Assembly: GCA_026026165.1 (NCBI GenBank)
Contig: JAPEUD010000015.1
Span: forward strand, 62,001 to 126,000
Origin: Sarea resinae
Lineage: Eukaryota
Direction of reading: 5' to 3'
Length of the DNA stretch: 64,000 nt
Shown: positions 22,900 to 35,436 of the stretch, in pieces
How positions within the stretch are numbered: position 1 is the stretch's first letter
Layout of the letters: each line of letters starts with the position of its first letter
Position numbers and translations under genes: made by a program
The notes under the pieces: generated by a model
Database searches by the model: none
What the model was told of the DNA's origin: nothing
What the model saw: only the letters and a program-made list of their open reading frames with translations

Positions 22900-25800
22900 C
22901 TAAGCCTTGACGACCCGCGGTACGATCCACCACTCGTGATACCTCTTCCCTGGCGGCGGGATCTCGACCGTGAGGTTCGGATCCAGATGGAGCGTGGGTT
23001 TAGAGTCTGAAGACGAAGACGGAGATGAAGAGGAGGTAGTCGATGGAGCAGGGGCGGTGGTGGTGGTGGTGGTGGTGGTGGTGGATGCAGTGGTAGCCGC
23101 AGCATCAGCCGTGAGAGATTTTCGAAGCGTGCTGATTGCGATGCTAGTGGCTATGCCGGAGCGAAGCGCGTTTTTGATCGACTGTTGGTATCGTTGCGGT
23201 CAGTAGGGCATTCAAGCTAGGAAAAGCCTGCAGGTAGTGAATATTGCGGTGGAAGTGTCATGGTCTTTGGTAACAGGCTGGCTGCTGCGACAACAAGAAG
23301 GCTTTGTCAAGTGTCGGGTAGTGTAGTGCTCGATAAAAAAGAGTGGGTTGGTATGAGTGACTGGATAAGCAAAAAAAAGGTAGCATTGATGATACCTCGG
23401 TGAAAAGAAACAGAGGAAAAGATCTAAACGCATAATCGAAATAGTCATCAAGAAACGGAGCAGGAAACAACTCACAGCGCTCCATTCGTTGCCCACACCC
23501 TCGACTCTGGCAACACGAGCGTCCATCTTCGACAGTAGCTCCCAGTCCTTTCGAGCTCGCGACACGGCTGTGTCGGCGGCGGCTAGGATCCGCGTCGTCG
23601 GTTCGTGTGGTTGTGCTACGAGCGCGGAGAGGGTGGCGTACTCAGGCACCGAGGGCAGACCAATGAGCAGAAAGGGCTTCATGCGGAGGTCGAAGCGAAG
23701 CGCGTCCGTGCTGTATGGGTGGGAGGCTAGTGGGAAAGGAGCCGGGAGGAGTGAGAGGCGTAGAAAGACTGTGTAGAGCTGTATGTGATATCGATGAAAA
23801 GGGGTTGTTATTAGCTAAGCACCAAGATATGACGAAAACGTAGCGAATGGTAAAAGGGAGTGGGGGAAGGGGGCCGGATGGGTGGCTTACACATGACAGG
23901 GCATCCGCGAACCCTTGTGTGGCAGATGCTTCGAGCATGGAGACGTTTATGAAAGAGAGAGATGATGCAAAGGCATCTTTCTGTGCGCGCGTCGGCTTGG
24001 AGAGACGGGCAAGTCGTCGCGTAGTGAAACCTCGAATCCGGGACAGGTGATGGACACGCGTTTGGATGAGATGTTGTAGATACCTTTTAAACATTAGCCA
24101 CTCGGAAAACATATCTGACTCTAGAGATTGCTCACCAGTACATGCTCGCTAGCTCGTCATCTCGGTATACATCCAGCTCGAATCCAAGCTGAACGATCCA
24201 TTCCATCTGCTGAAGCTTATAATAGTATGCCCAGGAGGAAAGCGGGAAAGCATAGATGGGATCATCGGAAATCTTTCGGTCGATGATGGGCTCCTCTTTG
24301 GTGTAGATGCGGAGTTCGTTGTCTATTTCCTCAGCCTGAATAAGTCAGCAGATGATGGTGATGATGATGAGCGATAAATTCAACGTACATCAAGCTGCAA
24401 ATTGTCAAAATCAACGATGGTATGACAAAGCGTGCGTCGGATTCTGCATCGATTCTGGCACATGGCTCGAAGGAAGTCAATGTAGCACTGATTGTGGATA
24501 AGCAATTGTCCGAGATCCTTTCGTAGGTTTTAGACAAACCTGAGCAGCTCTCTGAACAAACTCGTCCATCCTCCTGGAAATCTGAAAACGAGGATCACTT
24601 GGCAACTCTACCTCACTATTCTGCGGGTCGATGAGCATATCCGCAGGCAGAACAATCTCCGCCAAATCGTCAAAGATCATCTGCTTGACAGACATCTGGC
24701 CCAGAATCTTCAGATCCTCGAAGAGAAAAGACTGGAGTAATGCCCTGATGTAGACCGAAGGCTGAGGCTTGCGTGACTGCATCATCCAAACAAAGTTCTG
24801 GGAGACTTTAGTGTCTGCCTAATTTAGCTGCCATGACGACTTACCAGCATATTGCTGACGCCGTGATATTCTAGGATTTGTTGCACGTCATTACCGTCCA
24901 CGCAGAGTCTCTTCAATTGGGCCATGGCGTCGTCAAAACTGATATTAACTATAGGTCTAGGGGGAATGGTGCTGGCCAGCTTCCGCTGAATCTTGACGCT
25001 GAAAGCCTCTTCAACTTTCTTTCCAAGCTTAGCGGACTTCTCCAACGACAACAACAATGCAGAGCACTGTGACCAATGAATGTTTGGTCTATCCTGAATA
25101 GAATTGAAGTCTGCCGCGACGGCCTTCAGGAATTGACTCCGGAAATCTAACCGGAGCTGCAAAGCATTGCGCAGGTTTTCTCCCATGTGTTTCCCATGCT
25201 CCTCAAGCCATACGAGGGCTTCATGAAGCAGGACCGATACGTCACGCTGTGAGAAATCTGATAGTAATGATCGGTTGTAAAGATGTGTAACGAAGTCTTC
25301 CTCCTAGTACGACTCAGCGGTGGTTCCATGAGGCTGCATGAACAGCACTTGCTTGTTTGGGGCAATCGTACCTCATAGCAGCTCTCGACTCCTATCCGCT
25401 TATGCACGAAATCGCAAGTCTTGACCAGGCCTACACAGTAAGCTCTTAGGACGACGTGCAGCAGTGGGCCTCCGTGAGCATCGGCCTGGGTGCGAGAAAA
25501 GGTCGCATCGCCGAGCCCCTTGGGCTCTGGCCAGAGGAGCCTGTCAAGATAGAGAGATGTGAACAGAGTCTGAGAGAGAGGATGACCCATATGCCATGCC
25601 ATCTAGAAACACATCAGCCTATTTCCCTCCCACCGATCCAAGCCCCGTGAGACATACTTCGTGACCCAAAAGTTGGTCCATGATGCCGAGCACCTCCTCT
25701 GGCAGTAGCTCTCGCATTATGTCGTAGTCGTCCTCGAGGCTTTCTCCGGGTGCCAGATATCCGCTGTCCATCTTCGGATCCATGATCTAGTTGCCAACAC

Positions 25801-26204
25801 CCACACACATCAGCCAGGCCCAGTAAGCTATTCTCCAAAGATTCATCCGCACCTCCAAAGCCCCGACAGATTCGAAGAGTGTGAAGTGTTCATCTTTGAC
25901 GAGTTGGCCAGTCGTGAGAGCTGCAACCTGGTGAGCATCTGGACCCTCTGCAAGCAGAAGATTTGGCTAGTCTAACCTGCCGATGCCTTCGCAAACTGTT
26001 CGGTGACATCCTCGACTATAGTCCTACTCGCTCTAGACGGTTCGATAGGTGAAGGGTCCTCGACGGGTCGTGATAGCGGCGGAGGAAATTGATCGTTGCT
26101 GATGCTCAGCTTGGCGGTATCTAGAGGTTCTCAGTCACTAGTTCTGCCCGTTCCACATCAGGCACGGTACCATTCGCAATGGCGTCCTCACCGGTCGAAG
26201 CCAT
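22900..26204 (-). CDS. MAK10: NatC N-terminal acetyltransferase auxiliary subunit (NAA35/Mak10), multi-exon
   Basis: MASTGEDAIAN|...DVTEQFAKAS|ALTTGQLVKDEHFTLFESVGALE|IMDPKMDSG...|MAWHMGHPLSQTLFTSLYLD...; last exon ends YHEWWIVPRVVKA*. Confidence 0.93.
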
Positions 26205-26443
26205 GCTGGGCGACTCAAAGAGATGCTACGGCAGCAGATTACTGTTCTCGCATCATATGCGTTCACGGTTGCATTTGTGATGGAAATGGTAGTGTGGGCA
26301 ATCGCAGTACTTCGCTTGAGATTCAATTGTCTATGGCCTCAAGCTTTGCAGAATACAGAATTTACAGTCGACCCCCCCCGAAATCTCCCCAACGGCCCAG
26401 TCTCTGCTCCACTGAGCCCCTCGCAACATCTTCCATCGTCCAT

Positions 26444-26774
26444 CTATTGCCCAGCAGACTCGGGTGTCGTGACGACGGCCTCGGAAACGTTCTTGACGTC
26501 TCCCTGCTTGCCGTTCTATATCATTCCATCAGCCACGGGAATCCTCGTACAGCCCTTGCTTGGACAGCATCATCTTACCTCCCACTTGGCAAACTTCAGG
26601 TCCATCTCGCCCCGTCTCTCGGCCTGCAATCGTGGCTGTTCCTTGAGGGATCGACGAACGACACGGGAGGCGACCGCGAGGTAGCGGTTGTAGCTGTAGA
26701 TGCCGTCAGTCGTGTCCCAAATTTGTCAATGCTCAAGCTCACGTAAGACCAGCGGTTTTCCACGCGAATGTCAT
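26444..26774 (-). CDS. ATP15: Mitochondrial F1 ATP synthase epsilon subunit (72 aa, 3 exons)
   Basis: Exons 26774-26743, 26693-26579 and 26515-26444 splice to MTFAWKTAGLTYNRYLAVASRVVRRSLKEQPRLQAERRGEMDLKFAKWENGKQGDVKNVSEAVVTTPESAGQ*. Confidence 0.95.
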
Positions 26775-27189
26775 TGTGATGGTTTGTTTCGAGGATGGGA
26801 TAGAGGTTGCAGGTGGAGCTTCTTCAGTCAAAGGTCGAACTGCAATCTTCAGTCCAGTCTTCACCCCGATGGCGGGCCAGCTCGGCTACCGAGCAGCCAA
26901 AACGGCCTCCCGGAGCCAAGGTCACGTGCATGCCAGCCGCTGCCGCCGCGAGAAATCACCGTACTGGGCAATGCTCATTGAGCCATCCACGCCTTGGATG
27001 CTCGATGATCCACCTGTTTGGAAGAGAGAACGATGGGCATTGAGACTCATCTCGTAGGAACAGTTTTTTTATTCACAGGCGATATACACGTAAATGAGAA
27101 CTACGTCTATGTCTTTGCAATTGCAAGCTGTTGATACACACTCTTCTTCATCTGCTCCTCTCCACCATCCCAGACAGATTCGATTGCGC

Positions 27190-28776
27190 TTAAACATTGA
27201 GACCAATCTCCTCGGCGTATGGCAGGGCATATAGATCACCAACAGCGGAGACACTCGCCTTGCCATCGAGAAGCGACTTTGCAGCCTGCAAGAACATGTC
27301 AGTTGAGGCCGACTGTATAACAACACGGGGAAAACATACGTTCTTCACTTGCTGCTCAGTCACACCGTCGATACCCTTGGCAACCTCATCGATCTGGAAA
27401 GCCTTGCCATTCTGGATAAGACCAGAACCTGTAAACTCGAGGCCAGCCTCAACGTTCTGGCCAGCTTCTAGCGCCCTGAACTTGGCAAGAGCCACTGCCT
27501 TGGTGATCTCTTCCTTTCCAATCTCACCAGCAGCGATGCTCTTGAGGGTCTTGACGACCGCACCGGCAGCACCTGCCACTGCTCTAGCAGAGCCCTCCAG
27601 AGTGACGTACAGCAGTCCAGCGTCAGAGTAAGCTGCGTGGCTGGTTGATACGAGGGCGCCTGGGTAAGGTGCGGCTGCCTTGGCCAGGAGTGAAAAGCCA
27701 GAGGACCACTTGATGCTCGATTGCCCACCCAACAAGGCCGATAGAACGGAGATTTCAGGCTTGTATGAGGATCCGGCAGTGAACGAGCTAGAGCCCGGGA
27801 ATGCAAGGATCATGGCGTTACCACCAGCATGAGCGATTCGCTCCTCACCTCCGTAGTACTTGGTCGCCGGGCTCTCCAGCTTGGGAACATCGGACGGGTG
27901 CGAGGCAAGGGCGTCGGAGAAGAATTGACCGACCCATTTCGAGAGCTCAGCTTGGTCTGCACCGTTGGCGACGACTGCGATGTTAGGCTTGGCGTAGGCA
28001 GCGGAACCGAACGAAGCAATGTAGTCCTCGTTGAGGTATTTGCCAAGAGGGGTGGAGGATGCTGGGTAGAGAGGGGTGCCGAGTCCACGGTGGAAGGCGG
28101 TTGCGTGCGCTGAGTTGATAGCCAGCTCCTTCACGTTGTGTAGGAGAGACTTTTGCGCAATCTTGATACCCGGAGTCACAAGTTCGTGGAATTCGTGGCC
28201 TATATCCGTCAGCGAGTCCACCTTTTCACACATACCCTGAACGTACTCGAATATTTGGTCTTGGTGGCGACTTCGCCGAGCAATTCAACGAAGTAGGGGA
28301 GATCATCTCGAAGGAATCTGGCGCCGAGGACAAGGCTCTCTCTCGTATGGTAGGAGGTGACGTCTCCGCCCAAAAGCTCAATCTCGCGGGTGATGCGTAG
28401 TCCGGACCGTCTCTCGGTAGACTGAGCCAAGAGTCTTCCATTAGCAGTTGCTCTCGTTCAATTGGAGGTTCTTTGTCCTCGGAGTTTCCAATGGAAAGCT
28501 TCTGTCCCCACGCACCTTGAAGGCAAAGTTCTCCAGTCCATTGACGAGACCTGGCAGCGGCTCGTACCGGGTTCCAGCCTTCGCAACAACAGCCAAGGTC
28601 GTCGTCGGGCCGGTGAGGTCTCTGCTTGCGGTCTTGATGCCGGCAGCATCACCAGTCTCGTATTGGAAAGAGCCCGAGGCCGGTGCAGCCAGACCCCGAC
28701 GGCTGGCCGGCGTAGCGAGAGATTGCCGGCGAATGGCGAGCTGAGCGCTCCTTCGGAGAGCCGACCGGGACAGCAT
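27190..28776 (-). CDS. QCR2: Cytochrome bc1 complex core subunit 2 (M16 peptidase-like)
   Basis: Arg-rich presequence MLSRSALRRSAQLAIRRQ; VVAKAGTRYE, STERRSGLRITREIELLGG, LLGGQSSIKWSSG, AYSDAGL and AVGDLYALPYAEEIGLNV*. Confidence 0.96.
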
Positions 28777-29374
28777 GGCTGAGGAGAGAGGGGAGAGGGA
28801 CTGGACGTGGAAGGAAAGAAGAGCAAATTGCGGGGGTGAACAATTGCTGCAGAGGAGAGAGGACTGACGACGACGAAGAGCTGGCGAAGCTGTAGATGCT
28901 CAGCGGGAAGAATTCGGGAGACAGGATGCGAGATGCGAGGATGCGAGGCGGCGAGGGAACGATTTGATTCACGGGGAGCTGATTGGTACCGAGATGTGCG
29001 GTGCACCAGGGCACCTCTGAGCATCAACGAAGCACCTGCTCGCCTCGCCCCGCACTAAAATTGCTGCTCTCACCGCAGAGCAAACCATCCAGTGAGCGTG
29101 AGAGTGAGAGTGCGAGAGGTCAGAGGTGAGTCCAGAAAGTGAGAGAGTCAACCACCAGGATGAGCAGCAAAACCACCTCACCTCACATCACGAAGACATA
29201 AAGAAGATACCTTACGCATCAACGCATCGTCACGCATCACGAACCCATCTATTGCCGAGAGAAACATCCAGAGACAGACACCAAATCCACCGATCTCACA
29301 TCTTGCAAATGCATCGATTACGGTAGCAACACAGTCATTCTGGAGAAGCTGCAATCATTCTCTAGGGTCTTGAC

Positions 29375-31611
29375 ATGTCTTATGTATGTGATCGCGTTTG
29401 CCTCAATCTCCTCCTCAAGGATGGCTCGCTTCTCTCCCCGCGAATCTGCATAGTGGCTGACCCAGCATCATGACACAGCACGCAGCGGAGCTGTGTACGC
29501 TCTTGATTGACGATATCTATGGCGAACTCTCATCAGTAAGGCTTTGCAAGAGTCTGCGTCCATGACAAGAGTGGTGACTGACCATGATCAGCGTGTCTTC
29601 TCGACGCTCCTCCGCTTCGGCCGACTACCTTTGCACACTCTCATCAAGCAATCTCGTCTGCCGGCGCGCCTGCTGAAGCATGGGCTTGCCGTCCTCATCC
29701 AACAACACCTCGTCCTACACTACACATCTCCAGAAGACGAGGCAACCTACTATGAGGCGGATTGGAAGAGCGCTTACGCCTTGGTCCGTGCGGGCAAGAT
29801 GATCAAGTTGGCCGAGGATCGATTTGGAGAAGCTGCGGGAGGCGTCGTGTCGAACTTGCATCTGCTGGGACACGCAAGGGTTGGGGATCTTGCGGCCGCG
29901 TACGGTGTTGCTGGAGGGAAGAGAAAGGGAACGGTCAATGGAGAGGCATACCACCTCAATGGCCAAGGCCTTCCCAACGGCACAAGCAAGGAGCAAGAGA
30001 GCAGCAAGGGCCTTACCCAGATAACGACTCGGGGACAGCTTCATTCTACGATCCACGTCTTGCTTCAAGCTGGTTATGTCTCGCAAGTCCGAGACGAGGT
30101 CTTCCGTCCGCCAGCAGACAATCGGTTGGAGGCTGAGAGAGTAGTGCGACGAGATCAATTTAATGGCGAATTGAAAAGTGGTGCAAAGGAGAAAGACAGC
30201 TTTGAGAGGGCTGTTATTAAAAAGCTCAAACAATGGAGGGATGGCGAAGAAATGAGCACGAAGGCCGGTTCCATGGCCAAGGGTGTCAAACGGTCACACG
30301 GCTCTTCTGTTGGTAATGGAAGTAAGAGAGCCAAGTTGGATTTCGGATATGCCAACGGGCTCAATGGACATGATGCAAATGACGAAGATGAAGATGCGAT
30401 ACTTTTGGACGTGAGTGTCGACTTGGACTGAGTTGGCCCTGCTTCAAGTTTCTAATCTTCTTTAGGATGACCTTGTTGTCCGCGTGAATCACGAGAAATG
30501 CACCGTCGCGCTCAGGAACCAGCAGCTGGTGGATCTCGTGCAGCGATATATCGGGGAGACGACCGCCCAAGTCTACGCCGAGCTCCTCCGACGCATGGAG
30601 TCGAAAATTCCCCGATGTCGCGACGACCTCGCCTCGGACCTCGTCGACGACGAGGACGACGAGCTAAGCCCGACGATAACGACACTCGAGGTGTCGACAT
30701 CCCTGAGCCAAGACATCGATCTCGGCTCCTCGATCGGAAACGTGGCCGAGGGGAAAATCGACCAGACATCACTGAACCGGCCAGAAAAGAAAAAGCGCAA
30801 GCGACTGAAGCTCGACGAGGCAGGAGTCATTGGGGAGGCAAGCAGCGACGAAGAGGAAGAAGACGAGAACGCAGACGAGGACGAGCCGCTGTCGGATAAA
30901 TGGGATTCGGACTCGGGCATCCGCATGTCGGACGGAGACGAAGGGCACGACAAATCGTCGTCGGACAATCGCATCCACCGCATGACGGAGATCAAGCGGC
31001 ACCTCCAGCTGCTCGCGGAACACCCGCATCACTTTGTGCGCGCGGCAGGCAACCGCGGCCTGGGCGAATGGCGGGTCGACTTCCGCAGCCTGGTGCACAC
31101 GCTGCAGCAGACGGAACTGCTCAACAGCATCGCGGCGCGCTTCGGCGGCCCGCTGGCGCCGCGTCTCGTGCGCGTGCTGCTGGACAAGGGCAAGCTGGAC
31201 GAGAAGCAGATTGCGCACATTGCCATGCTGCGGCAAAAGGAGATCCGCGTGACGCTGACGGCGATGCAGGAGGCCGGGTACGTGGAGCTGCAGGAGGTGC
31301 CGCGCGACAACAACCGGCAGCCGAGCCGGACGATGTATTTCTGGTACTTTGACGCGGAGCGGTGCCGCATGCTGGTGCTGGAGGAGAGCTACAAGGCCAT
31401 GGCGCGGGCGCTGCAGCGGGTGCGGGAGGAGCGGCGCGGGGTGCAGGCGGTCATCGACAAGGCCGAGCGCACGGACGTGGTCGGCAAGGAGGACGTGTAT
31501 CTGGCCAAGGGCGAGCGGGCGGCGTTGCAGCGGTGGCGCGACAAGGAGGAGAAGTTGCTGGGGGCGGTGGGCCGGTTGGATGCGCTGGTGGGGGTGTTGC
31601 GAGATTACTAG
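29375..31611 (+). CDS. RPC82: RNA polymerase III subunit RPC3/C82
   Basis: MSY|HAAELCTLLIDDIYGELSS|RVFSTLLRFGRL...HGLAVLIQQHLV; VRVNHEKC; LDKGKLDEKQIA; ELQEVPRDNNRQPSRTMYFW. Confidence 0.93.
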
Positions 31612-31649
31612 GTGTCGTCTTTTGTTTGTGCCTTGGAAGCATGGCGTGG

Positions 31650-32530
31650 CGTTTTCTGTCGTGTCGTATCGTGTCTGTCCTATTCAGTCTCGACCTATTC
31701 AGTCTCATCCTATGCTATCCTATCCAGTCGTGTCCTGTTCGTCGTACCTCCAGCTAGTCCTGTCCGACTAGTCCCATCCTATCCTATCCAATCCAATATC
31801 ATGCCGTCTCTACTACGTATCCTGTCCTATTCTATCCTGTCCTACCTGTCGTGCCCCGTACAGTCCTGTCCTGTCCAGTTAGTCCCGTGCCATCCCATCC
31901 CATCCCATCCTTTCCTATCCAATACCATCCCACCCCGTCCTGTCTCTCCTAGCTACTCTATCCTATCCTCTCCTCTCCTCCCCTATCCTCCTTTAACCCA
32001 TCTCTATTCTATCCTATTGTAATTGTTACTCTCTATCTCTGTTACTAGTAAGTCTCTACTGTCTCTCTGTCTCTCTCTCTCTTACTCGCTCACTTACTCG
32101 CTCGCTCGCTTGCTTGCTTGCTTGCTCTTTGTAGAGAATAGCTAGCTGGATATATGGATGTGTAGAGAGGCAGAGAGACAGAGAGATAAATAGAGAGAGA
32201 GAACTTAGTAGAGAGGTCGAGAGAAGTGACAGAGAACTACTAGCCAGCCAACCAACCAACTAGCCAGCCATCCGTTCTAATCCGTTCCAATCTGTTTCAT
32301 CTGTTCAATCCATTCAATCCGTTCATTCTGCTCCGATCTATTCACACTACTCTACTATATCATTCCTCCTATGTATTTGACAATTCCATCCTATTATACT
32401 ATACTATCCTATTTTACCATCCTATCCTATCCTATCCTATCCCATCCTATAGTCCTACCCTTTCTTACCCTAACCTATAGTCCCCCCTTAACCTTGACCC
32501 ATCCCACCCCCTTCACCTCCCCCCGCCGCC
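31650..32530. repeat. Low-complexity/microsatellite island 3 at a convergent gene junction
   Basis: Mixed CCTGT/CCCAT/CCTAT pentamers, (CT)n, (GA)n, (GCTT)n, (CCAA)n; strong pyrimidine skew. Confidence 0.9.
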
Positions 32531-32589
32531 CCCTTTTCGCCCAACGTAAACCCATAAACCCGCAAACCCCAACCCCCAAAACGACAAAC

Positions 32590-32970
32590 CTACAACATGG
32601 CCTTCAGCCCTCCCTTCCCCACCGTCTCGGCTTTCTCGGCCTTCTCGGCTTCTTCGGCCGCAAGCGCTTCGGCGTAGAGTCGGTCGAGATCGACCCGGTG
32701 TTTTTTGACGGTTTGCGGGCGTTTGAGCTTGAGGCTGTGGGTTTGGCGTGTGAGTGTGAGTGTGCGTGTGCGTGTGAGTGTGAATGTGAGTGTGTGGGGG
32801 AGAAAAGAAGGATGTGACAGGATGGGAGAGAGAAGGGGGGAGAAGAGAGGGGAATGGGAGGGAGGGAGGGAGGGAGATTCTGAGTGTGGGGGAGAAGAGG
32901 AACGTGTGAAGGGGAGGGTGGTTGGGTTGACGAGAGGAAGGTGTGGAGGGGAAGAGGAGGAGAATAAGGT

Positions 32971-33006
<36 letters not shown>

Positions 33007-35436
33007 TTGGAGGAGAAGGAGAAGAAGAAGAAGTAGAGGGGTTGTTCATATGAGAGTGAGCGGGGAAAAGGGGGGGAGAGGGAAGAGCAGAACAAGAGGG
33101 GTGGGGGTGGAAAAAAGGGGAGAACAAAAGGGCTATCGATGACAGGCGTGATAAACAAAACCATACATCGGAGTCGAGATGGGTGACGGCGTGTTTTGAA
33201 AGGAACAGCAAAAATAAAGACAGTGGAAGACCGAAGAAGGTAAAAAAAAAATAACTTACGTCGGAGTCAAGAGTTCATTCTCAATGGTAAATGGTTCAAA
33301 CAGGACCTCGACGTTCCGAACCCGCTCGTACGAATTAAACTTGCCCTTCCGCCCCACCCGCTCCAACTCCCCCACGACCGCCTTTCGGACCCGCTCCTCG
33401 GCCGCCGCCTTCTTCAAGCCCTCCACGTCCGCGGCCGCGATCGCCCGGCCCGTCACCCGCGATACAAACGGCGCGAACAATTCGGCATTGAAGCCGAAAA
33501 TGCCCACCAGGAAGCTGTGCTGGCTGTCGCCGTGCACAAAGGCCTGCGCCAGCATCGGCAGATTCGACAGATAGGCGTTCTCGAGCCGCTCGGGCGACAC
33601 GTACTCGCCGTGCGCGAGCTTGAGCACGTTCTTGCGGCGGTCGATGATGGTAAAACGGCCGCGCTCGTCGATGGAGCAGACGTCGCCCGTGCGGAACCAG
33701 CCGTCCGGCAGCATGGCCGCCGCCGTCTCGTCGGGCGACCGGTAGTATTCGCGGAACAGGCACGGCCCGCGCAGCAGCAGCTCGCCGCGCGGGTACGGCT
33801 TGTCCGTGCTGTGGTATTCCATGTCCGGCACGTCCAGCAGACAGGCTTCCATGGCGCCCGTGAGGCCGCCGCAGTTGCCGGCGCTGAAGTCGCCCTCGAG
33901 CTGGCCCAGCGACACCGCAAACGTCTCCGTCAGCCCGTACCCCTGGATGAAATGGTTGCTGAGCACGGCGCGCAGGAACTGGTGCATGTCGGCGTCGAGC
34001 GGCGCCGAGCCCGACACCATGTTCTTGACCCGGTCGAAGCCCAGCGCGGCCGCCACCTTGGACGTCCAGAGACGGTCGTAGACGGCGTGTTTGTTGGTCG
34101 CCTTGCCCGGCGGCAGAGAAGTGTCGGTGATGGATGATAGCTTAGAAGAGACAATGTGGCGGGCCACGGCGCCCTTGATGCCGGCCTGCTCGACCGTGGC
34201 CGCCTTGATGACGCTGCCGAAGCGGTTAAAGAGCCGCGGCACGGAGATGAAGATGGTCGGGCGCAGCGCTTTGAGGTCATCGACGATCTCCGTGATGACG
34301 CCGTGAAAGTAGCCGATCCCTGAGGCGGCCCACAGCGACGACGACTCGGCCATTCGCTCGTAGATGTGCGCCAGCGGCAGGTACGAGAAGATGATGTCGT
34401 GCACGTGCGAGGGGATCGTGGCCAGGCTTGTCGAGGCTGCTGCGACGGCATTGGCATGGGTGAGGATGACGCCTTTGGGGACGCCGGTCGTGCCAGACGT
34501 GTAATTGATCGTGACGGCGTCCGAGGCGCTGGGCGGGTTATAGGGGCGTCCTGCCGTCCGGCCAAGCGTCTCCACGTCGCCCATGTAATGGAGAGTGACT
34601 CCCAGATCACCGGCGATGGCGCCCAAAAGAGCGGCTTTGGATTCGCCGGGACGTTCGCCTGCTTCTAGTGGGTCGAGGGAGATGATGAGCTTGAGGGTTG
34701 GGAGGAGGGGTTTGAGCTTCAGGAGAGTGGGTATGTGTTGCAGAGAAGCTACCACGCATGCCAGGCTGGCATGGTTGATGATGTACTCGGTGGCGTCGGG
34801 GCCCAGAGTGTCATATATCGACACGGTGAAGAGAGACTGGGACATGCAGGCCAGATCTATTGATTTTAGTATATCTTGGTGCTGGCACGTCCAAAGAAAA
34901 CGCACCAGTGATCTGCCACTCGGGCCGATTCTGACACCAAAGTCCCACGCCATATGTCTCGTCGGTGACGCCAATCTGCTTGTGTAGCTCTACTATTCCG
35001 CCTCCAAGGTCTTTCCGTCTTCGTTGGACGGTCTCGTAATCAATCCATGCGTAGCGTCCAAAGATCTTCTTGACCGGGTCGTAAGGCCTATAGCCCAGAC
35101 AGCGATTCCTCGGATGCCCGTTTGCTGCGTCGACGGTCAGTATCGATACAGAGCTTGACTTGCGACGGACCTACCGGCCTGCTCAAACATATCATGCGCC
35201 GTCGTCACCTATCTCGCATCAGTGCCTGTTCCCATCATCATCAAAGAACGACCATCTCCCACCGTCGGATCCAACGTCGTCAATAGTTCCTTGTCTGCAA
35301 ACTTCCAGTGCCGATAGACTCGACTGCGGCCTTGCTGCTCCGACCCTGGGATAGGGACCGAGTAGGGTTCGCCCAGCGGCGGGGCACCCATGAGTTCTTT
35401 GGCTCGCGCAGCCAGGTCGGGGTGCGTGAAGGCCAT
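32590..35436 (-). CDS. Long-chain fatty acyl-CoA synthetase (FAA2/FaaB-type, probably peroxisomal)
   Basis: AMP-binding motifs INYTSGTTGVPKGV, YLPLAHIYER, QGYGLTE, GWFRTGD, IIDRRKNVLKLAHGEYVSPE. Last exon after a 525-nt intron (32735-33259) reads LKLKRP...GGLKAML*. Confidence 0.94.

Noticed and set aside
23182..23475. Intronic snoRNA in the long MAK10 intron (TTGATGA present)
   Set aside because: No well-placed D box, terminal stem or rRNA-complementary guide found.
30498..34668. Many long alternative-frame and antisense ORFs over RPC82 and the acyl-CoA synthetase
   Set aside because: Expected by-product of very high GC3 removing stop codons from other frames.
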